A stretch of DNA of 55,917 nucleotides from Mucilaginibacter sp. Its GTDB lineage: Bacteria; Bacteroidota; Bacteroidia; Sphingobacteriales; Sphingobacteriaceae. The notes beneath the pieces were generated by a model that worked only from the letters and a program-made list of their open reading frames with translations, was not told the origin of the DNA and searched no databases. The DNA is taken from contig JAQBOU010000235.1 of NCBI GenBank assembly GCA_028287865.1, positions 1 to 55,917 on the forward strand. The letters run 5' to 3'. The position numbers were made by a program, and so were the translations under genes. Shown here in pieces: positions 38,588-48,400 of the stretch. How positions within the stretch are numbered: position 1 is the stretch's first letter; every line of letters begins with the position of its first letter.

Positions 38588-39211
38588 ATGCATCATTTAT
38601 TGATTTACAAAAAAACAGCCCTTTTAATTGCTTTTATTTCTTTATCAATGGTGGCTTTGGCACAGGACACCGCTAAAGACCTTTGGACTGATAAGAACGC
38701 GACCAAATGGCTTTACAAAAACGAATGGAAAAAAGGGCTTAAACTAAAAGTTTATCCCGAAGTAAATAAAGTTGAGTTTGCAGTACAATACCACAAAAAT
38801 AAAGCTGTATGGGATAAAGCATTTGCTTTTATGCGTGATAGTGATTTAACCAAACTAAAACCCGGTAAGTATATAATTGATGGCGACAAGGTTTTTGCAA
38901 CTATAACCGAAGCGCCATCAAAATCTTTTGAACAATCGACCTGGGAATCACACCGGAAATACATTGATCTTCAATATATAATCCGGGGCAAGGAAAAAAT
39001 AGGCGTGGCGCCGGTATCAACCGCTGCAGTAACCAAACCTTATGATGAAACAAAAGATAACGCCAATTATAGCGCTGAGGGCAAATACTATATTGCTGAA
39101 CCGGGTACATTTTACTTGTTTTTCCCGGATGATGCACATCGTCCCAATATTAAAGTTGACGGGTATGATATAGTGAAAAAGATTGTTATAAAAATCCGGA
39201 TGGCGGAGTAA
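38588..39211 (+). CDS. YhcH/YjgK/YiaL (NanQ/TabA-like) family protein with signal peptide
   Basis: WESHRKYIDLQY, FFPDDAHRP, KKIVIKI. Confidence 0.88.
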   Translation: MHHLLIYKKTALLIAFISLSMVALAQDTAKDLWTDKNATKWLYKNEWKKGLKLKVYPEVNKVEFAVQYHKNKAVWDKAFAFMRDSDLTKLKPGKYIIDGDKVFATITEAPSKSFEQSTWESHRKYIDLQYIIRGKEKIGVAPVSTAAVTKPYDETKDNANYSAEGKYYIAEPGTFYLFFPDDAHRPNIKVDGYDIVKKIVIKIRMAE

Positions 39212-39259
39212 GGCGAAAGCTGAAGATATAATGTTTTGCTTTTCGTCTGTTTACAATTA

Positions 39260-39478
39260 TTAGTCCTCCAGTAAACTCACCTCAATGGAATGCGTTTTTA
39301 CTATTTGGATAATCTTCGTTATTTCAATAGAAACACCATCGCTTTGTACGCGAAGAATACGGTCGCAGTCATCAAGATCGAAATTAAAACAACACGCAGG
39401 AAAGCAGGTATGCAGCTCTTTTAATACACTGCCTGCCAGTTTCCTGTTATTCACATTTGTTTTAAATATCTCTACCAT
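39260..39478 (-). CDS. Small hypothetical protein (HMA-like, FKTNV...FDLDDCDRILRV)
   Basis: 7 bp downstream of the MATE stop; pattern resembles a widespread Bacteroidota small-protein family. Confidence 0.75.
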   Translation of the reverse strand: MVEIFKTNVNNRKLAGSVLKELHTCFPACCFNFDLDDCDRILRVQSDGVSIEITKIIQIVKTHSIEVSLLED

Positions 39479-39485
39479 ATATAAC

Positions 39486-40877
39486 CTATACTTTTACCTT
39501 TTTCCAACTGCCCTTTTTGAACAGGATAAAGCTTAATAAAGCAGTGATAAATTGCGAAATTAAGATTGCTATAAAAATAGCTTTTGGCTCCCTGATATAG
39601 TACCTGCTTAATACCCATGCAAGCGGAATTTGAAACAGCCAGAAGCCGATTAAATTTACCACCGTAGGTGTTCGGGTATCACCTGCGCCGTTAAAGGCAT
39701 TCATCATCACCATTTCTACCCCAAAGAACACATAACCGGCGCTAATTATACGGAGTGCCTGTAAAGCAAAATGCCTTGCCTGTATGTCACTGTTCATAAA
39801 ATTGACAATCGGCTCCCCAAAAAGAAAGAAAAACAAGCTTACAGAAAGCATAAATATTACGTTATATCCCGTGGTGATCCACACACTTTTCTCTGCACGC
39901 TCCGGTTTGCCGGCACCCAGGTTCTGGCCGGTTAAAGTAGCTGCAGCATTGCTCATGCCCCAGGCAGGCAGCAGGAAAAATATCAGCAGGCGAATAGCAA
40001 CCTGGTATCCCGCCATGGCTGCTTCATGGAAGCCGGCCATCAACCTCGCCAAAAATATCCAGCTTGCCGAACTCACCAGGAATTGTATGGTTCCTGTGCT
40101 TCCGATCCTGACAATCTGCCATAGCAGCTCTTTTTGTGGTCTTAGCTGGTACAGGTAAAAACTTAGTAAACCTTTACGTATAAATAACCGGTACAACTGG
40201 TATAACACACCCACGCTCCTTCCGGCTGTTGTGGCAATAGCTGCGCCTTTTAACCCAAGTGCCGGAATTGGCCCAAGTCCATAAATAAGCAAGGGACATA
40301 AAATAATGTTGCAGATATTTGCTATCCATAAGCTCCTCATGGCAATACTGGCATCGCCCGCGCCGCGAAATATCCCATTAATCAAAAAAAGCAGCATGAT
40401 CACTACATTACCCCCAAACATGATCTGGGTGTACCTGATGTTTTGAGCGATCATATTTGCATTAGCGCCCATCAGGCGAAGAATGGATCCGGCTGAAAAA
40501 AGCCCGACGACTGCAACAATTGTCGAAAGTAGCAAGGCAAACAAAATAGTTTGCATGCCTGCATGAGCCGCCTCCTTAAAGTTCTTCTCTCCTACCCGTC
40601 TGGCTACCAATGCCGTAGCGGCCATACTTAAACCAATGGCTAATGAGTAAACCAGGCTGAGTACAGACTCAGTAAGGCCAACCGTAGCAACTGCCGCATT
40701 TCCCAGTTTGCCAACAAAAAAAATATCCACCACCGCAAAAACTGATTCCATAATCATTTCCATGATCATAGGAATAGCCAGCAGGAATACCGCTTTTCTT
40801 ATACTTCCCTCGGTATAGTCCTGTTGGCTACCGCGGACTGCCTGGCGGAATAATGAAAAAAGACGTTTTAGTTTCAA
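39486..40877 (-). CDS. MATE family efflux transporter
   Basis: LAIPM..E..FAVVDIFFVGKLG, RGAGD, NIILCPLLI, QNLGA; TTG start. Confidence 0.92.
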   Translation of the reverse strand: MKLKRLFSLFRQAVRGSQQDYTEGSIRKAVFLLAIPMIMEMIMESVFAVVDIFFVGKLGNAAVATVGLTESVLSLVYSLAIGLSMAATALVARRVGEKNFKEAAHAGMQTILFALLLSTIVAVVGLFSAGSILRLMGANANMIAQNIRYTQIMFGGNVVIMLLFLINGIFRGAGDASIAMRSLWIANICNIILCPLLIYGLGPIPALGLKGAAIATTAGRSVGVLYQLYRLFIRKGLLSFYLYQLRPQKELLWQIVRIGSTGTIQFLVSSASWIFLARLMAGFHEAAMAGYQVAIRLLIFFLLPAWGMSNAAATLTGQNLGAGKPERAEKSVWITTGYNVIFMLSVSLFFFLFGEPIVNFMNSDIQARHFALQALRIISAGYVFFGVEMVMMNAFNGAGDTRTPTVVNLIGFWLFQIPLAWVLSRYYIREPKAIFIAILISQFITALLSFILFKKGSWKKVKV

Positions 40878-40898
40878 ACTGAAAGTGTATTATCGATT

Positions 40899-41288
40899 TC
40901 ACACAGCTGTTTCATGCAAAACGGCCGCTTTCAATCTTTTATGATAAAAAATATAAGAACCTGCCAGTATAGCAAAGAAAACAGGGAATAACACATAAGT
41001 GGAAGCCGGATCGCCTAATGCTATGAACGAATAAAAAGCTGCAATAAGGTCAAAAGTGAACCCTGCATATGCCCATTCAGTTATTTTGGGAAAGCCAGTA
41101 ACAAGTAATGCAACAATACCCAATAGTTTAGCCACCGCCAGGAATTTGGCAAAATAGATTGGATAGCCCAGGTGTTTCATAAATGCCACTGACTGCGGAG
41201 AATTCATCAGGCTGGGTATGGCTGATGATAGCATTAATAATACAAGCAATACTGTGAAGACCCAGTAAAAGATGTTGATTTTTTTCAT
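40899..41288 (-). CDS. DoxX family membrane protein
   Basis: HLGYP.YF..FL..AKLLG, EWAYAGFTF. Confidence 0.88.
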   Translation of the reverse strand: MKKINIFYWVFTVLLVLLMLSSAIPSLMNSPQSVAFMKHLGYPIYFAKFLAVAKLLGIVALLVTGFPKITEWAYAGFTFDLIAAFYSFIALGDPASTYVLFPVFFAILAGSYIFYHKRLKAAVLHETAV

Positions 41289-41487
41289 GTTGATATTGAT
41301 TTTAGGTTAGTAAATGGGGTTGATAATAAAGAATTATAGTTCCTGATTTTTATCGCGTTGGCTTGTTAGTTTATTTTTCTCACTTAATCGGCATTAATCT
41401 TTATCCAATATTTCAGATAGCTTAAAGTTATTAAACTATTTTCTAAAATCTACTCAATTGCCTGAAGCCTTTGCTAAATAGATTATC

Positions 41488-41904
41488 TCAGTTTTGATTT
41501 TCATCATAGATCAGCATCCACCTGATTCCAAACTTATCGTCGAAAACCCCAAACAAAGCACACCCAAAATTGAACTTTTAAAGGATCAATAATTTCCCCG
41601 CCTTCTGAAAGTTTGGAATAAAAAATATTGATCTCATCTTCACTGCTGCAATTTAATAATAATACAATGGAATTTCCTGGAATATAGCCACCGGGGCCGG
41701 TCATATCTGAAGCCATGAGTGATAAGCTGTCTTTGGTTAAAGAAGAATGCATAATGTGAGTTTTCATGCCAGCGGACACTGGTCTTCTATCGGCGATCCC
41801 TCTACTGGTTGCAGCACAAGGTCGCCACCTAAACATTCGTTGTAAAAGGTCATTGCTTCACGGCATTTGCCATTAAAGTTAATGTAAGCATTAATTTGTG
41901 TCAT
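41488..41904 (-). pseudogene. VOC/PhnB (3-demethylubiquinone-9 methyltransferase-like) gene with two frameshifts
   Basis: MTQINAYINFNGKCREAMTFY... from 41904; one base missing near 41773; middle IMHSSL..MASD; one base extra near 41561; end ALFGVFDDKFGIRWML*. Confidence 0.85.
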
Positions 41905-41946
41905 GGTGTTGTTATTTTATTAATGATTGCATTAAAAATGATTAAA

Positions 41947-42015
41947 CAAACATATAACGAATTAACAAAAAACAAGGGAGCCTTGCACGACAATAAAAGG
42001 GGGGAAATGTGACAA
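41947..42015 (-). promoter_or_regulatory. Promoter -7 box plus tandem TTGTC regulator sites for VOC-DoxX-MATE operon
   Basis: TTGTC(42015-11)-N17-TTGTC(41993-89)-N34-TATGTTTG(41954-47). Confidence 0.6.
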
Positions 42016-42264
42016 TAGCCTTGCGCTGCGCTGGTAATATAAATAAAGTAATTTAAAATTTCTGAATTGACTTTAAATAAATCAGACTCATTTCAGCATT
42101 ATAAATGTTTAAAAATGCGCTGATAATCAGCTAACACCTAATAATTAGTTAAACTTTCCGCCTTCTTTTCCGTAAAAAGTGGCATTGATGTTTGCGGGGA
42201 TTTGTCAGAGTCGTTTTAAAAACGACCCTAATTAATTCCCTTTAAACAGGGGGAGAGAGAAGCT

Positions 42265-45200
42265 TTGACAGATAAATTAATTACAAACAATAAAAAGATA
42301 CAAAATTTCACAAGGGCGTGGTTTTTTGCTTTATTTTTTCTTTTATTATCATTCCATTCTTATTGTCAGTGTGTAACTGCTGTAACTATATCAGCATCTG
42401 GCACAAGTATATGTTCGGGTAATAGTGTTGTATTAACAGCTATTCCAACAGGTGGGGCAACACCTTACACCTATTCATGGAGTACGGGAGAAAATACGCA
42501 ATCCATTACCGTAGATAAAGGCGGCACCTATAAAGTTTCGATGACAAATAATGTAATGGGCTGTCTGCCTGTTACAGCCAGCATAGATATAATTGAAGCC
42601 GTAACGCCCGATGCGCCAACTGCATTCAATCAAATAGTTTGTCCAAATAGTTCAGCCACACTTCAAGCTAATACCCCTGGCGGAACCTACCAATGGTATG
42701 ATGCACCTACAGGTGGAAATTTTTTAGCCAGCGGCGATACTTATGTTACCCCTCCAATAACAAAGCCAACTACTTTTTATATCCAAACAACAATAAATGG
42801 ATGTACAAGTGCAAGAGGCAAAGTATTTGTTGATCTGACAAAGCAGCCAAATCTTACCGGTATGACAGTGTGTGCCGGTAATAGTGCAACTTTATCAGCC
42901 AAAGGCGGCGATAGTTATGAATGGTATGATTCACCTTCCGGGGGAAATCTTTTAAGTACCACTTCGGGTTATACCACACCACCGCTAACTGCTACTACCG
43001 TATATTATGTAATTGCAACTACAAACGGCTGCAGGAGTATTCCTACGCCGGTTACCGCCGTTGTTACGCCCTATCCGCAAGCGCCTGTTTTACAAAATAT
43101 CACAATTTGCTCCGGGTCTGTAGCTAATTTGAATGCTCCTCAAATACCGGGCGGCGTTTATTCATGGTATGACGTACCAAGTGGAGGAACACCTCTTATT
43201 TCAAGTCCTGATTATACAACACCGTCTTTAACTGCAACAACAACGTATTATGTACAAGTTTCAACAAACGGTTGTGAAAGCCAGCGTGCAGCTGTTACAA
43301 TAACCGTTAATCCCATTCCCCCTGTCCCGGTTGCTCAAACAGACACCATATGTCCTGGAAGCAGCATTACTTTAACCGCAACAGCCACGCCTGCCGGAAA
43401 CTACACATGGTACGACGCTCCTACCGGTGGGAAGTTTCTTGCCGCTGGCATTAGCTATCAAACACCGGTGCTTAATAATACCACCAATTATTACGTGCAA
43501 ACTGATAACGGAGGATGTTCCAGTACCCGTGCCCTGGTAAAGGTTGTAGTGAAACCACCTGTTCCTGCGCCTTCTGTTTCAGGGGCTATCATTTGTTATG
43601 GTTCTTCCACAACCTTAGCTCCAACAGGGCCAGGAGGTAGTTATCAATGGTATGACGCACCATCCGGAGGCAATTTAATTACAACAGGCAATACGTATAC
43701 CACTCCTGCATTAACCGCAAATATTACTTATTACGTGCAAACAACGCTTGCCGGGTGTACCAGCCCGCTATCGGCAGTAACGGTTTCTGTAATTCCCCAG
43801 GTAACGCCGCCCTCGGCTCAGGGTGTAATAGTGTGTTCAGGCAGTCCGGCAACACTTACTGCCACTGGAGCAGGCAATTATTCGTGGTATGACGCCCAAA
43901 CCGGGGGGAATTTATTATCAACCGGACAGGTTTATGTTACGCCTGCATTATCAGCTACAACTACTTACTATGTTCAAACCAACGCTAGTGGCTGCACCAG
44001 TTTGCGCACGCCGGCAACTGTAACTGTTAATCCAATTCCTTCGGCACCCGTTTCAAACGGAGTTACCGTTTGCTCCGGTTCATCTGCTAATTTAACAGCC
44101 AGCGTTGCAAGTGGCACAGTGCAGTGGTACGATGCATCTTCAGGCGGCAATTTACTTGCAAGCGGGAACACGTATACAACCCCTGTTTTGAACGGAAACA
44201 CAACTTATTACGTACAAAACACTACGTTACAATGCAACAGTGTGCGTACACCTGTAACCGTTACGGTAAATACCATTTATAGTCCGCAATTTCAATACCT
44301 CACAGGATCAGTATGTTCTTCGGCCACAAATCAAATCCCGGTAATAAATAATCCGGCAGGCGGAACCTTCAGTGCGGCTCCGGCAGGGTTGGTTTTTGTA
44401 AATAATCAAACAGGCGAAATTAATGTAAGCGCCAGCGCCCTGGGTAAATATATCATCTCTTTCACCAGTAACAACCCTTGTCCGGTCACTACCGGTTCTG
44501 CTTTTTCAATTGTTACCAATCCTCATACTGAATTTTCGTATAAAGCTTTCTATTGCCAGGACGATAGTAATCCTTCCCCTTTATTTACAACCGGGGCTAC
44601 TGCCGGTACTTTTAGCGCTACCCCATCAGGCTTAGTTTTTGCTAATTCAAGCACCGGGGAAATCGACCTGAAAAATAGCTTAGCGGGAACCTATACAATT
44701 ACCAATAACATTCCCGCAATTGGAGGCTGTGCAGGGAGTTCTTCAAGCACAACGGCTACTATTTACCAGGCAGTTACTGTTAATGCGGGTCCAAATCAAA
44801 CGGTAGCAACAGGAAGCCTGGTACAGTTAAGCGGAACTATAGCTGGTGTCGCCGGGGGAAAATGGTCTGGCGGAAAAGGCTCTTTTTCTGACCCGACACT
44901 TCTTAATCCTGTTTATACGCCCGGGCCGTCAGAAAACCCGGTTACGCTAAGCCTAACTTCTGACAACCCTCCGCCGGGCCAATGCGGACCTAAAACTGCC
45001 AGCGTTACCATCACATTCGGCAATGCTCCTGCGGCGCCAACAGTTACAGGCAACGCGATATGCATGGGAAGCATTGCAACCTTATCAGCCATTGCACCCG
45101 GAGGAGCTTATCAATGGTACGATGCCGCCAATGGTGGCAATATTTTAGCTACCGGGGCAGTTTACAATACACCACCGCTTTTAGCCAACACAACATATTA

Positions 45201-47610
45201 TGTGCAAACAACAGTTGGCGGAATTACCAGTTCCCGCACTGCTGTTAAAGTCTCCGTTAACCCAATACCTGTGGCACCCGTTGTGCAGGGAACAACAATT
45301 TGTATGGGCAATTCTGCAAAGCTCACCATAGCCGATACAACCGCCACTTATGCGTGGTATGACGCAGCGGCCGGCGGTAACCTGTTATCTGTAAGCGGTA
45401 CTTATGTAACGCCTGCCTTATCATCCAATCAATCATATTACGTGCAAACTAATAGTAACGGATGTGTAAGTAACCGTACAGAAGTGGATGTTATTGTGAA
45501 GCCTGTACCTGTTATAACCAGTTCAACATCTGATGTTATTTGCAGTGGCAATGCGATAAACTATGTTATTACCGCCAATATCGCTTCTGCAACATTTTTA
45601 TGGTCCCGTGCGCAGGTAAGCGGTGTCAGTAATCCGGCAATAGCAAATCAAACCAATAACACTATTAATGAAACTTTAATAAATACTAGTAGTACAGCGG
45701 TTAATGTTACCTACGTAATTACGCCTATAGCTAACGGATGCCCGGGATCAACCTTCAATTATGTTGTTACTGTATATCCAACTCCTGTAGTAACGAGTGC
45801 CGCAAAAACCATAATTTGTAATGGCACAACCGCCAATTATCAAATAGAATTTAATACAGCTGCAGGTTTTGCATGGAGCCGGGCTGCTGTGGCAGGTATT
45901 ACCAACGCCGCTGTAACCGGACAGGCGGCAGGTACCATCCGGGAAAACCTTTTTAACAGCACAAATACCTCCATTGATGTAACCTATGCAATAACTTCCC
46001 AAACTGCTACCTGTGCCGGCATTCCGTTTAACGTAGTTATTACAGTAGATCCAACGATTAATATAACCAGCCCCGGCAATGCAGCGCTTTGCAGCGGGAC
46101 AACCCAAAACTATGTTATAACGTCAAACGTATCCGGAGCAACTTTTCTCTGGCATCGGGATGCAGTAAATAATATAAGTAATCCGCCGGTAACTAATCAA
46201 ACATCGTCAACTATTACTGAAACTTTAATTAATACGGGTAACAACCCGGTAAATGTTACCTACCTCATTACGCCGGTTTTTAACGGATGTAATGGCTCTC
46301 CTTTTAGATATACAGTAACTGTAAATCCAATACCATCAGCGCCTGTTGTTAACAGCAATTCGCCGGTATGTATTGGAAACACCATACAATTAAGCACATC
46401 GAAAATTAATAATGCCACCTATTTTTGGACCGGGCCAAACGGATTTACCTCTTCCGCTCAAAATCCGACTATTCAGAATACCACCCTTGCTGATTCGGGA
46501 ACTTACAGCTTATATGTGTTAATGAATGGCTGTTCTGGCCGTGCCTCCACTGTGCAGATTTTAGTTAAACAACCTCCGGTTGCCAATGCAGGCCCAAATC
46601 AAACAGTTTGTATAACAGCCCCTGCAGTAACCCTTGCTGGCAAAGTCTCCGGAGGCACAACAACCGGGATATGGACCTCAAGTGGCACAGGTACGTTTTT
46701 GCCATCGATTACTGCGTTAAACGGACAATATATCCCTTCTGCACAGGATAAAACAGCAGGTTTTGTGACGCTCACTTTGTCTTCAACAAGTAAAGACAAT
46801 TGCAATATTTCAACATCAAACACGAATATAAAATTCGGGCCTGTACCTGCTGTGCTTGCAGGCTCAAGTATGGAGGTGTGTGCGCAAAGCAGCAGTGTGA
46901 AATTAAATGGCAAGTTATTAATAGCAGGAAGCACTACCTGGAGTACATCCGGATCAGGAACTTTCAACCCTTCTGCAACGCAATTAATTACTGATTATAT
47001 ACCAAGCAAAACCGATATTCTACGTGGATCGGTAATTTTATCACTTAATGTTAACAACCCCGGCGTTTGTTACCTGGCAAAGGATTCAATTATACTGACT
47101 TTTGAACCTCCGCCAATTGTGAATGCAGGTGGAATAAGATATGTATTGAAAAATAACAAGATCACCTTACATCCTAGCGTGAATGAAAACGATGTAAAAT
47201 ATTTGTGGACTCCTGATATTGATATTGATAATAATAGCATAAAAAACCCGGAGATAACCGGAAATACAAATATGACCTATAAGCTAGAGGTAACTGATAA
47301 ACTGGGATGTGTGAGTATTGACTCAACCTTCATTAAAGTATCACCCGAATTGATAATACCAAATACCTTTACTCCTAATGGTGATGGCATTAATGATCTT
47401 TGGGATATCCGCGGCCTAACTGCTTATCAGCAGGCAACAATAGATGTATTTGACAGGTATGGCCAAAAACTATTTCATTCCGTTGGTTATGGTGTTCCGT
47501 GGGATGGCACCTATAATGGAAAGCAATTGCCGACAGGGGTATATTATTATATAATTGACACTAAGGTTAACAGCCAGGTGCTTTCGGGCTCAATAACCAT
47601 TATCCGGTAA
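42265..47610 (+). CDS. Large T9SS-secreted repetitive surface protein with type B (gliding motility-associated, CHU_C) C-terminal domain
   Basis: Nine WYDxxxGG Ig-like repeats, two GTFSAxPxGLVF repeats, three WxRxxV PKD-like repeats; CTD IPNTFTPNGDGINDLW...WDGTYNG..LPTGVYYY..GSITIIR; TTG start uncertain. Confidence 0.9.
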   Translation: MTDKLITNNKKIQNFTRAWFFALFFLLLSFHSYCQCVTAVTISASGTSICSGNSVVLTAIPTGGATPYTYSWSTGENTQSITVDKGGTYKVSMTNNVMGCLPVTASIDIIEAVTPDAPTAFNQIVCPNSSATLQANTPGGTYQWYDAPTGGNFLASGDTYVTPPITKPTTFYIQTTINGCTSARGKVFVDLTKQPNLTGMTVCAGNSATLSAKGGDSYEWYDSPSGGNLLSTTSGYTTPPLTATTVYYVIATTNGCRSIPTPVTAVVTPYPQAPVLQNITICSGSVANLNAPQIPGGVYSWYDVPSGGTPLISSPDYTTPSLTATTTYYVQVSTNGCESQRAAVTITVNPIPPVPVAQTDTICPGSSITLTATATPAGNYTWYDAPTGGKFLAAGISYQTPVLNNTTNYYVQTDNGGCSSTRALVKVVVKPPVPAPSVSGAIICYGSSTTLAPTGPGGSYQWYDAPSGGNLITTGNTYTTPALTANITYYVQTTLAGCTSPLSAVTVSVIPQVTPPSAQGVIVCSGSPATLTATGAGNYSWYDAQTGGNLLSTGQVYVTPALSATTTYYVQTNASGCTSLRTPATVTVNPIPSAPVSNGVTVCSGSSANLTASVASGTVQWYDASSGGNLLASGNTYTTPVLNGNTTYYVQNTTLQCNSVRTPVTVTVNTIYSPQFQYLTGSVCSSATNQIPVINNPAGGTFSAAPAGLVFVNNQTGEINVSASALGKYIISFTSNNPCPVTTGSAFSIVTNPHTEFSYKAFYCQDDSNPSPLFTTGATAGTFSATPSGLVFANSSTGEIDLKNSLAGTYTITNNIPAIGGCAGSSSSTTATIYQAVTVNAGPNQTVATGSLVQLSGTIAGVAGGKWSGGKGSFSDPTLLNPVYTPGPSENPVTLSLTSDNPPPGQCGPKTASVTITFGNAPAAPTVTGNAICMGSIATLSAIAPGGAYQWYDAANGGNILATGAVYNTPPLLANTTYYVQTTVGGITSSRTAVKVSVNPIPVAPVVQGTTICMGNSAKLTIADTTATYAWYDAAAGGNLLSVSGTYVTPALSSNQSYYVQTNSNGCVSNRTEVDVIVKPVPVITSSTSDVICSGNAINYVITANIASATFLWSRAQVSGVSNPAIANQTNNTINETLINTSSTAVNVTYVITPIANGCPGSTFNYVVTVYPTPVVTSAAKTIICNGTTANYQIEFNTAAGFAWSRAAVAGITNAAVTGQAAGTIRENLFNSTNTSIDVTYAITSQTATCAGIPFNVVITVDPTINITSPGNAALCSGTTQNYVITSNVSGATFLWHRDAVNNISNPPVTNQTSSTITETLINTGNNPVNVTYLITPVFNGCNGSPFRYTVTVNPIPSAPVVNSNSPVCIGNTIQLSTSKINNATYFWTGPNGFTSSAQNPTIQNTTLADSGTYSLYVLMNGCSGRASTVQILVKQPPVANAGPNQTVCITAPAVTLAGKVSGGTTTGIWTSSGTGTFLPSITALNGQYIPSAQDKTAGFVTLTLSSTSKDNCNISTSNTNIKFGPVPAVLAGSSMEVCAQSSSVKLNGKLLIAGSTTWSTSGSGTFNPSATQLITDYIPSKTDILRGSVILSLNVNNPGVCYLAKDSIILTFEPPPIVNAGGIRYVLKNNKITLHPSVNENDVKYLWTPDIDIDNNSIKNPEITGNTNMTYKLEVTDKLGCVSIDSTFIKVSPELIIPNTFTPNGDGINDLWDIRGLTAYQQATIDVFDRYGQKLFHSVGYGVPWDGTYNGKQLPTGVYYYIIDTKVNSQVLSGSITIIR

Positions 47611-47652
47611 ATTTACTAAGCTGATTATTGGTGCATAGTTATATTATTGTAC

Positions 47653-47690
47653 TTAACAATTTGTTAACATAAGAATAACCATAACTTAAC
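47653..47690 (+). promoter_or_regulatory. Four (T/A)TAAC direct repeats at 11-bp phase (response-regulator box-like)
   Basis: TTAAC 47653, TTAAC 47664, ATAAC 47675, TTAAC 47686; -7-like TATCTTTA at 47702. Confidence 0.5.
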
Positions 47691-47764
47691 CTTATAGCAG
47701 GTATCTTTATTAAGCATTAAAAATTGGTGTATTACCTGTTAATTGTTTGTAAATCAGTTAAGTC

Positions 47765-47953
47765 ATGAAAGATAACAATAAAGCCGAAGCCCCCGAGACA
47801 CAAGCACTTCATATGAAAGAAAACTATGAAGACGAATATTGGTCAAAAAAATATGGAGTTTCAACTGAAGAGCTAAAGGAAAAAGGTAATGACGTTGGAA
47901 TTTCGACCAAGATTATAGATGCTTATTTTAAAAAGAAAAGTTTCAGCCTTTAA
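47765..47953 (+). CDS. DUF3606-like small protein
   Basis: YEDEYWSKKYGVSTEELKE...VG.S pattern. Confidence 0.7.
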   Translation: MKDNNKAEAPETQALHMKENYEDEYWSKKYGVSTEELKEKGNDVGISTKIIDAYFKKKSFSL

Positions 47954-48010
47954 AATAAGCGTGAGATAACTCAGCTAAAGATAAGTAGCTTTATTACATA
48001 CATAGCGTGT

Positions 48011-48047
48011 AAAAACCCCTTAAATTATACTAGTTTAAGGGATTTTT
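48011..48047 (+). terminator. Terminator-like hairpin
   Basis: AAAAACCCCTTAAA / TTTAAGGGATTTTT (1 mismatch). Confidence 0.5.
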
Positions 48048-48400
48048 GATGTGATAACATATTCTGCTCCAAAAAATCTATACGATACTTCATGGAATGA
48101 CACGATCTGGAAGTGTTGATTAATGTGCACTATTCATATTCACTAACTGCACATTAAACTATAGGGGCATATCTGCCATAAAAGATAATTACCTGATCTG
48201 TTATTTTGGATTCCCTGCCCTTTATCGGGTAACTTAACGGGAGATATTACTTAATATAACAATACCTGTATTTATGCCGGCAAGGGAACAAGAGTGAAAT
48301 TAAACTACTTAAGTAATTGTATTTCAATAAACTAATAAAAGTAAGGAAACAATATTGTCATATTTATGTTACAATTATTAAATAACTAAAACATAAATTT

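Noticed and set aside
41289-41487. Possible SRPBCC gene remnant (QAI...NNFK codons on minus strand)
   Set aside because: Only two short, out-of-register fragments; too weak to call.
42120-42130. CTGATAATCAG-type palindromes (similar at ~2975 and ~54384)
   Set aside because: Short AT-rich motif with inconsistent position relative to genes; cannot be distinguished from background here.
42180-42196. TGGCAT-TGATGT-TTGC upstream of the T9SS gene as a sigma54 promoter
   Set aside because: GG-to-GC spacing is one base too long; RpoN spacing is strict.
42610-45505. Recurring TGGTAYGAY...GG motifs as a CRISPR array or DNA tandem repeat
   Set aside because: These are ~80-codon protein domain repeats inside one ORF, diverged at synonymous sites.
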